IMG/VR virus record: IMGVR_UViG_3300048599_000246
Location: 1 to 62,475 of that record
Strand: one strand, 5' to 3'
Length of the DNA: 62,475 nt
DNA from: a virus
Lineage: Duplodnaviria > Caudoviricetes
A program made the translations under genes and the position numbers. Positions 8,473 to 19,326 of the stretch are shown here, piece after piece. Position 1 is the first letter of the stretch; each line of letters starts with the position of its first letter. The notes under the pieces are model-generated. The model was not told the DNA's origin, did no database searches, and saw only the letters and a program-made list of their open reading frames with translations.

Positions 8473-9252
8473 ATGACCAGCGAATCGGCGAGCCTCTACT
8501 TCCGCGCAGGCACGAGCGATAAGGTCTACCAAATTTGGCTTGAGCCGGAACCGGACATTCCCGAAATGCGTTCGTGGCGCGTCAGGTTCGCGTATGGGCG
8601 GCGCCTTGCGACGCTGCGGTCCAATTTTAAGATCCGGCGGGCACCGTTCGCTTATGCGCGGCAGATTTACGATAAGTCCCTCTTGGAGAAACTTTCCAAG
8701 GGGTATCGCAAGGGACCGGAGTACACGAAGGGTGTGGAGATTCCTCCGCTCGAAGCAGAGCCCGCACCCACGGTTCGTAAACGGTTCGAGCCCTTCGCGC
8801 GACCTACCACGGCTTACAATCCCTTCGAGCCGGAGTCTTTGAGGGGAGACACATTGCCGACTTGCGGCTATTGCGGGCAGCCCGTCCGGCTGTTCTTCCC
8901 GGACGGAACGCGCGTTCGTGATACGCGGTATTGTTCGGCGCGTTGCGCGGGCCTCGCCGCAAAGCGCGAAGCAGCCCGGACAGAACGGGCGAAACCTACA
9001 TGGAACGCCACTTGCTCTTACTGCGGGCGCGCGGTTCGGCTCGAAGTCGGCGGCTTCCTGGATGAGACTTCCGGGAGATGGTATTGCTCCGGCGCGTGTA
9101 GGAACGCGGACCAACGACGCGGCGCGCCGATCTTCCGGAAACCTCTGAAGTCCAAACCGAAACCCGTTCCCAGGCCGGCGTATGAACCGCCGGAACCTCC
9201 AGACCCGCTCACGGTGAAACCGCGGCGGCGAATCTCGTTTAACGACGAATAG
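8473..9252 (+). CDS. WGR-domain protein with C-terminal zinc ribbons
   Basis: LYFRAGTSDKVY...FAYGRR...KLSKGY; two CxxC...YCSxxC motifs. Confidence 0.7.
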   Translation: MTSESASLYFRAGTSDKVYQIWLEPEPDIPEMRSWRVRFAYGRRLATLRSNFKIRRAPFAYARQIYDKSLLEKLSKGYRKGPEYTKGVEIPPLEAEPAPTVRKRFEPFARPTTAYNPFEPESLRGDTLPTCGYCGQPVRLFFPDGTRVRDTRYCSARCAGLAAKREAARTERAKPTWNATCSYCGRAVRLEVGGFLDETSGRWYCSGACRNADQRRGAPIFRKPLKSKPKPVPRPAYEPPEPPDPLTVKPRRRISFNDE

Positions 9253-9263
9253 GAAAGGATCTT

Positions 9264-9608
9264 ATGCCTTGCTGGACGATACAAGAATCGAAACTCGAAG
9301 TAAAGAATCTCAACCAGGACGTGCTGACGGCCACGCTTGAATCCCTTGGCTACGTAGTGCAGCGCAGGGGTGAACAGTTTTATGCGGACCACATGAAGCC
9401 GGGCGAACTCCGCTACACGGTGGTCTGCATGAAGGATGGCGAAATGGTCGTGCAGTTGCGCGACGGTTCGCGGGTGACGGCGGAGCGCGCAATGCGGCAG
9501 GTGAAGGTCGCCTATGGGCAGACGGCCATCCGGACGATGGCAAAACGGTTCGGGTGGCAGGTGAAGCAGGAAGACGAAACTCATTTCCAGGTGATGCGGC
9601 GGTATTGA
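9264..9608 (+). CDS. DUF1257/Ycf35-like protein
   Basis: L..TLESLGY...VKVAYG...AKRFGWQV pattern; context downstream of the Ycf46-like ATPase. Confidence 0.55.
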   Translation: MPCWTIQESKLEVKNLNQDVLTATLESLGYVVQRRGEQFYADHMKPGELRYTVVCMKDGEMVVQLRDGSRVTAERAMRQVKVAYGQTAIRTMAKRFGWQVKQEDETHFQVMRRY

Positions 9609-9618
9609 GGAGCGGACG

Positions 9619-9840
9619 ATGCAGAACGACACTATCGAAATCGAAATCATCGAAGCGGACGGCTCGTTGAAAGTGACGACGGACAAAATCAGCCAGGCGA
9701 ACCACCTGAACGCTGATGCGCTGTTGCGCGAGATGGGGCGCGTGATGGGCGGCGAGACGATCCGGACACACCGAAAGGACTCGTATGGACACGTCCACGA
9801 ACACGTCCACGAACACGAGCACGAGCATAACCATGCCTAA
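9619..9840 (+). CDS. DUF2997-like small protein with a His-rich tail
   Basis: IEIEI..DGSLKVTT; HVHEHVHEHEHEH tail; operon context. Confidence 0.55.
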   Translation: MQNDTIEIEIIEADGSLKVTTDKISQANHLNADALLREMGRVMGGETIRTHRKDSYGHVHEHVHEHEHEHNHA

Positions 9841-10108
9841 TATTTCCGTCCTGGACTTGAAGCCGGTGGGTAGGTTTGCGGACGGGAGCCCTATTTACAG
9901 GTTCTCGGTGGGGTTCCCCACGCGTGGTGTGCAGGAAGTCGGTCCCGCGTTCGCCACTCCGCAGGAAGCCTACGCCCACGGCGGGGTGGAACTTCGCAAG
10001 TATGAGGCGGCAGACCCGATGGGAAACATGGGCGCGGTGTTGGGCGTCACGGAAGTTGAGGGCGGCGGATTCCGCGCGGTGATCGTTACGTATCACTCGA
10101 ACACTTGA
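9833..10108 (+). CDS. Hypothetical protein
   Basis: Overlaps the upstream stop; protein-like composition. Confidence 0.55.
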   Translation: MPNISVLDLKPVGRFADGSPIYRFSVGFPTRGVQEVGPAFATPQEAYAHGGVELRKYEAADPMGNMGAVLGVTEVEGGGFRAVIVTYHSNT

Positions 10109-10274
10109 AGCCCGCCGCAACGGCCCCGAAAGGACGGTGATGAATAGCGGGCGGATCCGGACGGCGCATTATCGCGGGGAGCCTCGGGGGAGGCGGCGAA
10201 TGGATGCGACGGGCGGACCCGCTACACGAACCAGATTGAAGACAATCCGAAGCCCGCGCGCAGCCGCGCGGGTT

Positions 10275-10330
10275 GCCCCGCCGAACAGGCGGCCTCCACG
10301 TGGCGCGGGGCGGGTGGTGCTGACGGCCTG
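10275..10330 (+). ncRNA. HDV-like ribozyme copy 6
   Basis: P1 gccccgc/gcggggc, P2 caggc/gcctg, P3 gcc/ggc, L3 tccacgt, GG, J4/2 CTGA. Confidence 0.8.
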
Positions 10331-10363
10331 AGTGAAGAGTGGACCAAAGGAGCGGAAAACGAA

Positions 10364-11395
10364 ATGGCTACTTCTATGATGTCGATGGAAACGACGGGCA
10401 CGATCCCCGGAAATCTGCTGACGGACCAGGGCGAGAAACCCACGGCGCTTCAGGTAACGCGCGCGGCCACGCTGACAGACAAGGCGGTTTGCGTACAGAT
10501 CGAATTGCACGGTATCGGCTGCCGGCGCACGGTTTCAACCTCACAGATCGAGGTCACCGGCGATGCAGATAAGGCGACCGACAAGACGTTGCTCGCCGCG
10601 TCCAAAAAACTGTTCGTCTCGCCGGAGTATGACCGGCTCAAAAAACTGGACGGTCGGATTCGGCAATACGTCTACGCCCAGGCGATTCAGAGTGGACTGT
10701 CGAGCGGGTTCTATTGGCTCCCGATCCCGGCGGTTCAACGGGTCCACGAGAAGCTGAAAGAGTTTCGCGCGGAACGTCAGAAAATCATTGATGAGTGGAC
10801 CACCCCGCTCGAAGGCGAAACGCAGTCGCCCTACGAGAAAGAAATCGACGCGATACAGCCGAAACTCGGCCCTTTGTTCAACCGCGGCGATTACCTCTCA
10901 GTGGACCGCGTCCGCAAGATGCACTGGTTTGAATGGTCTTACGTCTCGTTTGGCGCCCCGGAAAAACTGAAGTCCATCTCAATCGAGATGTACCAGGCGG
11001 CGCAAGACCAGGCGGCGCGGAAGGTGGAACAGGCGGCGGAACTGGCGCAGCAAGTCCTCCGGGCCAACATGCTCAAACTGGTCGAGCACCTGACGGATAA
11101 ACTCTCCGGCCGCACCGAGGACGGGAAGCGCAAGGCGTTTCGCACCGAGTCGGTCGACAAGGTGAAAACGTTCCTCACGGAGTTTCGCGAGCGGAACATC
11201 ACGGATGACGCTGAACTGGGCGCCCTGGTGGAAGATGCGAAACTGCTGATCGCTGGCGTCGACCCGGAAACGCTCCGCAAGGACGACCGGACACGCGACC
11301 TGGTAGCGGAGGGATTTTCTCAGATCCAGGCACGGCTCGACACGATGGTCGTGGACCGGCCCAGGCGAGCAATTTCGTTCAAGGACGAGGAATAG
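10364..11395 (+). CDS. DUF3150-like protein
   Basis: ASKKLF, GFYWLP, FNRGDY, NITDDAEL..LV..A pattern; AAGGAGCGGAAAA RBS. Confidence 0.6.
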   Translation: MATSMMSMETTGTIPGNLLTDQGEKPTALQVTRAATLTDKAVCVQIELHGIGCRRTVSTSQIEVTGDADKATDKTLLAASKKLFVSPEYDRLKKLDGRIRQYVYAQAIQSGLSSGFYWLPIPAVQRVHEKLKEFRAERQKIIDEWTTPLEGETQSPYEKEIDAIQPKLGPLFNRGDYLSVDRVRKMHWFEWSYVSFGAPEKLKSISIEMYQAAQDQAARKVEQAAELAQQVLRANMLKLVEHLTDKLSGRTEDGKRKAFRTESVDKVKTFLTEFRERNITDDAELGALVEDAKLLIAGVDPETLRKDDRTRDLVAEGFSQIQARLDTMVVDRPRRAISFKDEE

Positions 11396-11397
11396 CG

Positions 11398-12648
11398 ATG
11401 TCTGCCCCCGAAGACGCCCCGGTATGCGCCGTTTGCGGGCGGCCGGTCCGCACCGAAATCGTCCACGTTCGGGAGGGGAAGCCGTGCCATCCGCTCTGCT
11501 TCCCCCTCGGGGACCACCCCGAGGCCCAGAACGACCCGGAAGACGCCGCAGAAACGGCCACAGACAGCGCCCAGGATCCCCCAGACGAGCCGGAGGGCGG
11601 CGCCGGGACGGAGAGACGCAACCGGCGCGGCGAGACGCCCACGGACGCGGCGGCGCGCAGGGAGCGCGAAGCGGCAGAATGGCGGGAACGGATCGAAGCA
11701 TTGCGGACGGCGGACCCGGCAGAGGGGCCGATGGATTTCTACGAGCCGTTCCTGCGCGCGATCCGGATGCACGAGCCCGGCGGTTCCGTCCACGAGTCGA
11801 ATATCACGCTAAACAGCCAGTGCTGGGCGCTTAGCGCGGAGGCGACGAGTATGCAGTTTTTCGCGCTCGCGAAACTCGTTCAGGAAGGAATCCTCGAACC
11901 CGACGCGGACCTCTGCGGACAGTACACGATTCACCGGGAGAGGTTCCCAGACGAAGGCCGCGACTATTTCGCGGAAGCGCTCGAATGGTTGGCGCACAAG
12001 TGCGTTACCGAGAGCGTAGACGACCACTCGTTGAAATACCAACTGAACATCTATGACGGAGCCGACCGCGAAGCGGTGCTCGCCCGGCTCCAGTCCGAGG
12101 GGTTTATCAACGCGAAGCAGAAAATCCTGAAGCGTCCGGAGGGCGCGACGGCCGAGTGCCACGTATTCAACCCGTCGAAGTTTGGCGAGGCGGAAATCCG
12201 AATCTGCCGGCATGAAGGCGGCGGCTTCGCGGTGCGAGTCGGTTGTAGCGTGGACTTCGGCAAGAGTAACGGCAGCGGCCAGTGGTGCCCGGTTCGCGCG
12301 CCGGGGACCACGTTTGAAGACGAGCACGGATGGTCGACGCGAGACGCGGCGCTCGAGGCGGGCTGTATCGAAGTCGCGCGTATCGAGGAGGGATGCGAAC
12401 AGGCGGCCTTGTCGAAGGGCGCGGAGAAGGCGGCCGATGCGGCGCGGAAAATCCGCGCGTGGGCCGAGATGTTATTGAAGCGGCCGATACCGCGGCAGCA
12501 CAGCGTGGAAAGTCGGCCGGAGCGTGGCGGAGAGACGGAAAAGAACCGCCGCGAAACCGAGGCAACAAGCGAGGCCACACCGGGAAAGCGGAAACCGGCG
12601 GAGCCCGAGAAAAACTCTACGGTGAGCGAACAACTCACCCTCTTTTGA
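11398..12648 (+). CDS. Hypothetical protein
   Basis: 416 aa ORF in operon; ends in QLTLF, which resembles a beta-clamp-binding motif. Confidence 0.65.
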   Translation: MSAPEDAPVCAVCGRPVRTEIVHVREGKPCHPLCFPLGDHPEAQNDPEDAAETATDSAQDPPDEPEGGAGTERRNRRGETPTDAAARREREAAEWRERIEALRTADPAEGPMDFYEPFLRAIRMHEPGGSVHESNITLNSQCWALSAEATSMQFFALAKLVQEGILEPDADLCGQYTIHRERFPDEGRDYFAEALEWLAHKCVTESVDDHSLKYQLNIYDGADREAVLARLQSEGFINAKQKILKRPEGATAECHVFNPSKFGEAEIRICRHEGGGFAVRVGCSVDFGKSNGSGQWCPVRAPGTTFEDEHGWSTRDAALEAGCIEVARIEEGCEQAALSKGAEKAADAARKIRAWAEMLLKRPIPRQHSVESRPERGGETEKNRRETEATSEATPGKRKPAEPEKNSTVSEQLTLF

Positions 12649-12664
12649 AAGGTGACAACGCAGA

Positions 12665-13270
12665 ATGACAACGAAACGAAATTATTCGTGGTTGTGGGTA
12701 GTGCTCCTGTTCGACGTGCTGTCAGTCGCATCGTTCGTAGGCTTTCAGCCGATGGGCGGTATTGTGCTCGCCCTGTTCGGCCTGGAGGCCACGGTCCTGT
12801 ATTACTGGGAGCGCCCGAAGGTGATCGTGCCGAAGGACCTCAAGGTATCAACGGAAAATGTCGTGTTCTCGAAACGGCTGAATCTCACGGCGCTGCGCGA
12901 CCAGGTGGGCGAGTGGTCGCGGCACAACTTCGGGCCGGCGAGCGAGATGGGGTATGTCGCTCTGCTGGGCGCGTTTGAAGAACTCGGCGAACTGGCGCAT
13001 GCCCACATCAAGCAGTTGCAGGGCATTCGCGGGGCCGCGGCCCAACACGAGGAAGATGCACGGGATGCCATTGCCGACGCGATAATCTACCTCGCGGACT
13101 ACTGTTCAACGCGCGATTTCGATTTCCAGGAGATCGTAGAAAGTACCTGGGCGCAGGTGAGACAACGCGATTGGGTGAAATACCCAGAGACCGGATTTCC
13201 GATTCGTGCTATCGACCAGGACCCGGCCGACGCGGAGCAGATCCCCGCAGAAGGGGCCAGCGCGGCATGA
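12665..13270 (+). CDS. MazG-like nucleotide pyrophosphohydrolase with N-terminal TM segments
   Basis: EELGELAHAH...DAIADAIIYL; hydrophobic N-terminus. Confidence 0.75.
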   Translation: MTTKRNYSWLWVVLLFDVLSVASFVGFQPMGGIVLALFGLEATVLYYWERPKVIVPKDLKVSTENVVFSKRLNLTALRDQVGEWSRHNFGPASEMGYVALLGAFEELGELAHAHIKQLQGIRGAAAQHEEDARDAIADAIIYLADYCSTRDFDFQEIVESTWAQVRQRDWVKYPETGFPIRAIDQDPADAEQIPAEGASAA

Positions 13271-13755
13271 ACGGAACGCCCATGAAATACGAGCCAGGCT
13301 CGCGCGTTGGCGCGATCCGGAACGCGAACCAGCAAACCGTTCGACTGTTTGGGTACGGCACCTACCAGGGCATGGAAATTCCGCCCACGGAAGTCTGGCC
13401 GTTGTCTGAGCCGAACCCGAAGATTCAACTCGATTCCGGCGAGACGGTCTGGGGATGCGAATGTTGGTGGGCGTCAGAAGATGAAGTCAAGGCGCGCATC
13501 GGCGGCCGGACGGTCGAGATGACCACGGTAGAGGATTACCGGAAGGAAGTACGGGAACGCCGCGAGGCGATAGATGGCCTGGCGGCGGCGTATATGCTCG
13601 CGAACGATGGCAGTCTGAGCAAGGCGATGATCGAGGAATCTGCAAAGACGGGGCGACCGCTCGACTTCGCGATCATGACGATGGAAGATATCCACGCGTG
13701 GCGCGAGTGGCTTGAAGACGAGGTCGCACGGCGCAAGAACGCCGCCACAGAATGA
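13267..13755 (+). CDS. Hypothetical phage protein
   Basis: NPKIQLDSGETVWGCECWW; coupled to neighbours. Confidence 0.65.
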   Translation: MNGTPMKYEPGSRVGAIRNANQQTVRLFGYGTYQGMEIPPTEVWPLSEPNPKIQLDSGETVWGCECWWASEDEVKARIGGRTVEMTTVEDYRKEVRERREAIDGLAAAYMLANDGSLSKAMIEESAKTGRPLDFAIMTMEDIHAWREWLEDEVARRKNAATE

Positions 13756-14135
13756 CGGCCTATCGCTGGTTCTTCCTACTGGCAGCGTCTTCGTTCGTTG
13801 TCTTCGCGTTTGCCATCTCCATTTCAGAACGTGCGCGAAACCGCGTGCGAGAGTTGCTACGCCGGTTCTACCGATGGACAGGACGATACTGCAAACACGG
13901 TACTCGGATCAGCGGTTGCGGCTACATTTTTGACTATTACTACTCTTGCCCAGAGTGCCGCGCAGAGATCAAGCGCGGGTGGCACGACTATGCCGTGGAG
14001 CGACGGGAGGCAGAAGTCCGGAAACTGGCCGACGCCTTCAAACTCGCGTTGGGGGAGGTGGAAATATCGAAAGCCGTCCTGGTAGAGCCCGCGAAACGGG
14101 GCTCGCTGGTCCGAGAGGTACAGGGAGTGGAGTAG
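13752..14135 (+). CDS. Hypothetical membrane protein with Cys motif
   Basis: ATGA overlap; N-terminal TM; CKH...CPEC. Confidence 0.55.
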   Translation: MTAYRWFFLLAASSFVVFAFAISISERARNRVRELLRRFYRWTGRYCKHGTRISGCGYIFDYYYSCPECRAEIKRGWHDYAVERREAEVRKLADAFKLALGEVEISKAVLVEPAKRGSLVREVQGVE

Positions 14136-14186
14136 ATTCGACTGCGGTTCATGGTAAAAGGAGATGTTATCGAAGGAGAGACGACG

Positions 14187-14534
14187 ATGGCGGCACAAAA
14201 GCCCCCGCAAAAGCCCATGAAGTGCGCACATTGCGGGGCGCGAATCCCAACAAAAGAAATTATCAGTTGGGCGGCACGACTGAACGCAAAGAAGCGGACG
14301 ACGCTAGCCGGCGCAGCGCTGGTCATGCGGACTTGTCCGCATTGCCACAAGACGTTCAGTACGCGCGAACTGGTAGCGCATCTGGCGTTGGGGTGTCCCG
14401 CGGCTCCGCAGAAAAGCGGACGGGGGCGGCCAGCAAAACTGCGACAGTGCCGGTATTGCAAGGAAAAAATGCCCACGGTGGCTTTGCTCATCCACGAGCG
14501 GAGTTGCCCGGCAAGGCCCACACCCTCGAAATAG
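14187..14534 (+). CDS. Multi-zinc-finger protein
   Basis: CAHC, CPHC...H...C, CRYC...H...C. Confidence 0.6.
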   Translation: MAAQKPPQKPMKCAHCGARIPTKEIISWAARLNAKKRTTLAGAALVMRTCPHCHKTFSTRELVAHLALGCPAAPQKSGRGRPAKLRQCRYCKEKMPTVALLIHERSCPARPTPSK

Positions 14535-14598
14535 GCGGCGGCTGGTGACCGTCGCCTGTTCCAAGTAGTCCATCAAATAAACGCAAGGAGCGGAACTC

Positions 14599-15684
14599 GT
14601 GAGCGAAGAAACTGAAATACCCGAAGTGTCCCCGGACACGGAAGCGCTCGAAGATGACGTATTTTTCTCGTCAACCTATACGCGCAGCAAGCGGTTCGGC
14701 AAGTTGGCCGCCGCGCTCGCGGCTGCGCAAGCCGAAATCCCGAACCCCACGAAGGACAAGACTGCAAAAGTCCAGACGCGGACGGGCAACAACTACGGCT
14801 ACAACTATGCGGACCTCGCGACGGTGCTCGAGGTCGTGCGCGGGCCACTGGCGAAACACGGCATAGCGCTGATGCAGCCGATTCAGGCAGAGGGGAACCA
14901 GGTCACGGTGACCACTCTGTTGATCCACGAAAGCGAACAGTGGATGAGCGCGGAACTCGTCATGACAGCGTCGGACGGGACGCCGCAATCAATCGGCAGC
15001 GCGACGACCTACGGCCGCAGGTACGGGCTCACGGCCCTGTTGGGGATAGCGGCCGAGGAAGACGACGACGGCAGCCAGGCGTCCGGCAGGAAAGCAGAGA
15101 CGGGCGCGCGGCGCGCGGAGCCGCCAGCCAGGCCGCAGCAGCGGCCCGCGGAACAGCCCACGCAGCAAGTCCCCGCGAAAGAACCGGACTGGACGACAGC
15201 GTTTGAAGCGCTGCGCGTCAAGTTCAATGGAAACTCGAAACGATATTTCGAGATTCTGAAAGCGTTCGGCGTCAAAGAACCGAGCGAATTCAAGGACCGC
15301 ACGAAGGCGGAAGCGTGTTACAAGACAGTCCGCGGCGAGTTGCGGAAACTCTCGACAACGGACGCGGCGGCAGCCCCGGCGACGGCGGCGGCGGCGGCGC
15401 CCACGGACAACGCGCCGAAAGCGGACCCGGCGAAGAAAGAACCGTTCCAGGCGTCCGATGACGATGTACCGGCCGCCATCGGCAGCGACCAGCCCGTGGC
15501 GCTTCGCATTCAGGACTTCGACACCGAGGAATACGAGTACGTCCAGAAAGTCGCAAAGGATCTCTACGGCTACAACAAGGCGAAGACGGACGACCTGATC
15601 CTGAAATTCAACGGTGACAAAGAGTTGTTCCTCAACACGTTGGACACGGCGCTCGCCGCGAAGACGAAGGGGGCTCGCGCATGA
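14599..15684 (+). CDS. erf: ERF family single-strand annealing recombinase
   Basis: YNYADL, IHESEQW, QSIGSATTYGRRYGL, EDDDG. Confidence 0.9.
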   Translation: MSEETEIPEVSPDTEALEDDVFFSSTYTRSKRFGKLAAALAAAQAEIPNPTKDKTAKVQTRTGNNYGYNYADLATVLEVVRGPLAKHGIALMQPIQAEGNQVTVTTLLIHESEQWMSAELVMTASDGTPQSIGSATTYGRRYGLTALLGIAAEEDDDGSQASGRKAETGARRAEPPARPQQRPAEQPTQQVPAKEPDWTTAFEALRVKFNGNSKRYFEILKAFGVKEPSEFKDRTKAEACYKTVRGELRKLSTTDAAAAPATAAAAAPTDNAPKADPAKKEPFQASDDDVPAAIGSDQPVALRIQDFDTEEYEYVQKVAKDLYGYNKAKTDDLILKFNGDKELFLNTLDTALAAKTKGARA

Positions 15685-16865
15685 CGGGTCCGGCGAGCCT
15701 TTCAAAATCCACGGAGAAGGCGACGGGCTGCGAGCGGTACTTTGCAGGTCGTCACCTGGAGGGGATGCCGCGCGAAGCGGCGTCCTCCCTCGCGGGGACG
15801 GGAACGGACTTCCACGCCTACCGCGCGGCGTATGTCGACCACCTGGTAGCGGTGAGTTTGCCGGCCGATCCCGACTGGGTAGAGCGCTGGCTTGAGACGG
15901 CGGACGTGTCGGACGAAGCGCGCGAAATGATCGAGCGCGACGCGGCGGCGTTCCAGATCAACCCTGATATCGTCTTCGGCACGGAATTGTTCCTCAGCGT
16001 CGATGAGGAATTCCGGCCGCTGGAGAACGAGCCCAACCCTGAGCCGGGACGCGGGCCGAAGAACGCAAAAGCGTTCCTGCACGGGACGCTGGACCACCTC
16101 GAAATCGACGGGCCGGATGCCTGGATCGTTGACGCAAAATCGGGGTGGTCTACGCAGAACGTCAAGGAATACGAGGGCGCGCACTACGCGTTGTTGGTGT
16201 TCGCGCATTTTCCCTACGTGAATACGATCACGTTTGAGTGGGACTTCATCCGAGCGGGCGGCCGCAAACCGCTGGTGTTCGAGCGCGCCGACCTGCCTTC
16301 GTTGCAGTTGCGAGCGAAAGCACGTCACCGCTACATGCGCGATATCGTGCGCCGGTGGGAAGCGGGCGAGGAGTTGGCGGTCAACCCACAAGCGGGCTTA
16401 TGCCACTTCTGCACGTTGACGTGCCCGCTGCGCGAGGCGGTGACACGAAAGATCGTGGCGTTCCCGCCGATCCAGAATGCCGAGGATGCGCAGAAGGTTG
16501 CGATCCTGACGTACCTCGCAAAAACGACGGTGCGCATGGGCGAGGAATTGCTGAAGCCCTACCTCAACGATAACGGCCCATTGGATCTCGGCGGCGGCCT
16601 CACGGCCGAAGTCAAGCCGGGGAACACGGATAGTTTTTCGCTCCGCTCCACACTGTCTGTACTTGGATTCGAGGGAGTGCCCGAGAAGTCTCCGAAGTGG
16701 GACATCTCCCTCGAATCACTTTTAGTCAGCGGCACGAAGTTGAAAAGCTTCGCCGCGGCAAAGAAGAGGGCTGGACTGAAAGAAGAGCTCGACAGCATTG
16801 CCCGGCGGACGCCCACATCACGCCTGGATATTCACAAAACAGAAACAGAAGAGGGCGCCGAGTAG
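15681..16865 (+). CDS. PD-(D/E)xK RecB/Cas4-like exonuclease
   Basis: GTDFH, LHGTLD, IVDAKSG, CHFC...C. Confidence 0.75.
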   Translation: MTGPASLSKSTEKATGCERYFAGRHLEGMPREAASSLAGTGTDFHAYRAAYVDHLVAVSLPADPDWVERWLETADVSDEAREMIERDAAAFQINPDIVFGTELFLSVDEEFRPLENEPNPEPGRGPKNAKAFLHGTLDHLEIDGPDAWIVDAKSGWSTQNVKEYEGAHYALLVFAHFPYVNTITFEWDFIRAGGRKPLVFERADLPSLQLRAKARHRYMRDIVRRWEAGEELAVNPQAGLCHFCTLTCPLREAVTRKIVAFPPIQNAEDAQKVAILTYLAKTTVRMGEELLKPYLNDNGPLDLGGGLTAEVKPGNTDSFSLRSTLSVLGFEGVPEKSPKWDISLESLLVSGTKLKSFAAAKKRAGLKEELDSIARRTPTSRLDIHKTETEEGAE

Positions 16866-16901
16866 CGGCGCCCTTCCCTCCCACAAAAGAAGGCCAACCA
16901 G

Positions 16902-18712
<1,811 letters not shown>

Positions 18713-18726
18713 ACAGGACGACCACC

Positions 18727-19326
18727 ATGGGCTTAAACTTAAGCGGTAATAACGTGGATCAGAAGCGTCAACACGTGCGCAAGAACAACGCTCCAACGGG
18801 CGCGGCACGGGATCTCTCGGACTGGTTGACGCTAGCCGAAGCTGCACAGCTACTGGAGTGTAGCGAAAAAACCGTGAATCGGTACGTGGCGGGGGGCAGG
18901 GTTGAGAAACTTTACCGGCGCGTACCTGGCCGCCGAAACCTCCCGGTGCTGAACCCCGCAGACGTAGCGACCATCAAGAAAGAGACGGTAGAAACAAAAC
19001 CGTTCGTATTGCCCGCTGGTTCCCAACCTGCCGGGAACCCTTCCGGACTCCCCGCACCATCGAGTCAAGGCGCGCTGGTGCGGCGCCCCACGGATAACCC
19101 CTTTTCCCTCCTCCAGCAACTTCTGACCACAGTGCCCGCCGCGCCGGACCTCGACAAGAAATACTTCCTCACGATAGACGAGGCCCATCAGCGGACCGGG
19201 CTGCCGAAGTCGCTCGTATCAGAACTGGCGCGCACCGGGAAAATCCCGGCCATCAAGCGCGGCGCCTGGTACATCTGGAGGGAGGGGCTACACGATCAGC
19301 TTGCTAAGATAGTCTCCGGCAAGTAG
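18727..19326 (+). CDS. DNA-binding protein with two excisionase-like (HTH_17) domains
   Basis: WLTLAEAAQLLECSEKTV and FLTIDEAHQRTGLP...GKIPA. Confidence 0.7.
   Translation: MGLNLSGNNVDQKRQHVRKNNAPTGAARDLSDWLTLAEAAQLLECSEKTVNRYVAGGRVEKLYRRVPGRRNLPVLNPADVATIKKETVETKPFVLPAGSQPAGNPSGLPAPSSQGALVRRPTDNPFSLLQQLLTTVPAAPDLDKKYFLTIDEAHQRTGLPKSLVSELARTGKIPAIKRGAWYIWREGLHDQLAKIVSGK

Noticed and set aside
2557-10330. Dispersed GCCTCCACGYGGCGCGGGG repeats as a CRISPR array or simple DNA operator
   Set aside because: Copies are separated by whole genes, there is no cas operon, and the flanks covary as RNA pairings rather than being conserved in sequence
2460-10364. tRNA genes upstream of the ribozymes
   Set aside because: No cloverleaf or T-loop GTTCRA seen; only simple hairpins. 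tRNAscan-SE should confirm
15681-16865. Cas4 as part of a CRISPR system
   Set aside because: It sits next to ERF as a typical phage recombination exonuclease; no array or other cas genes
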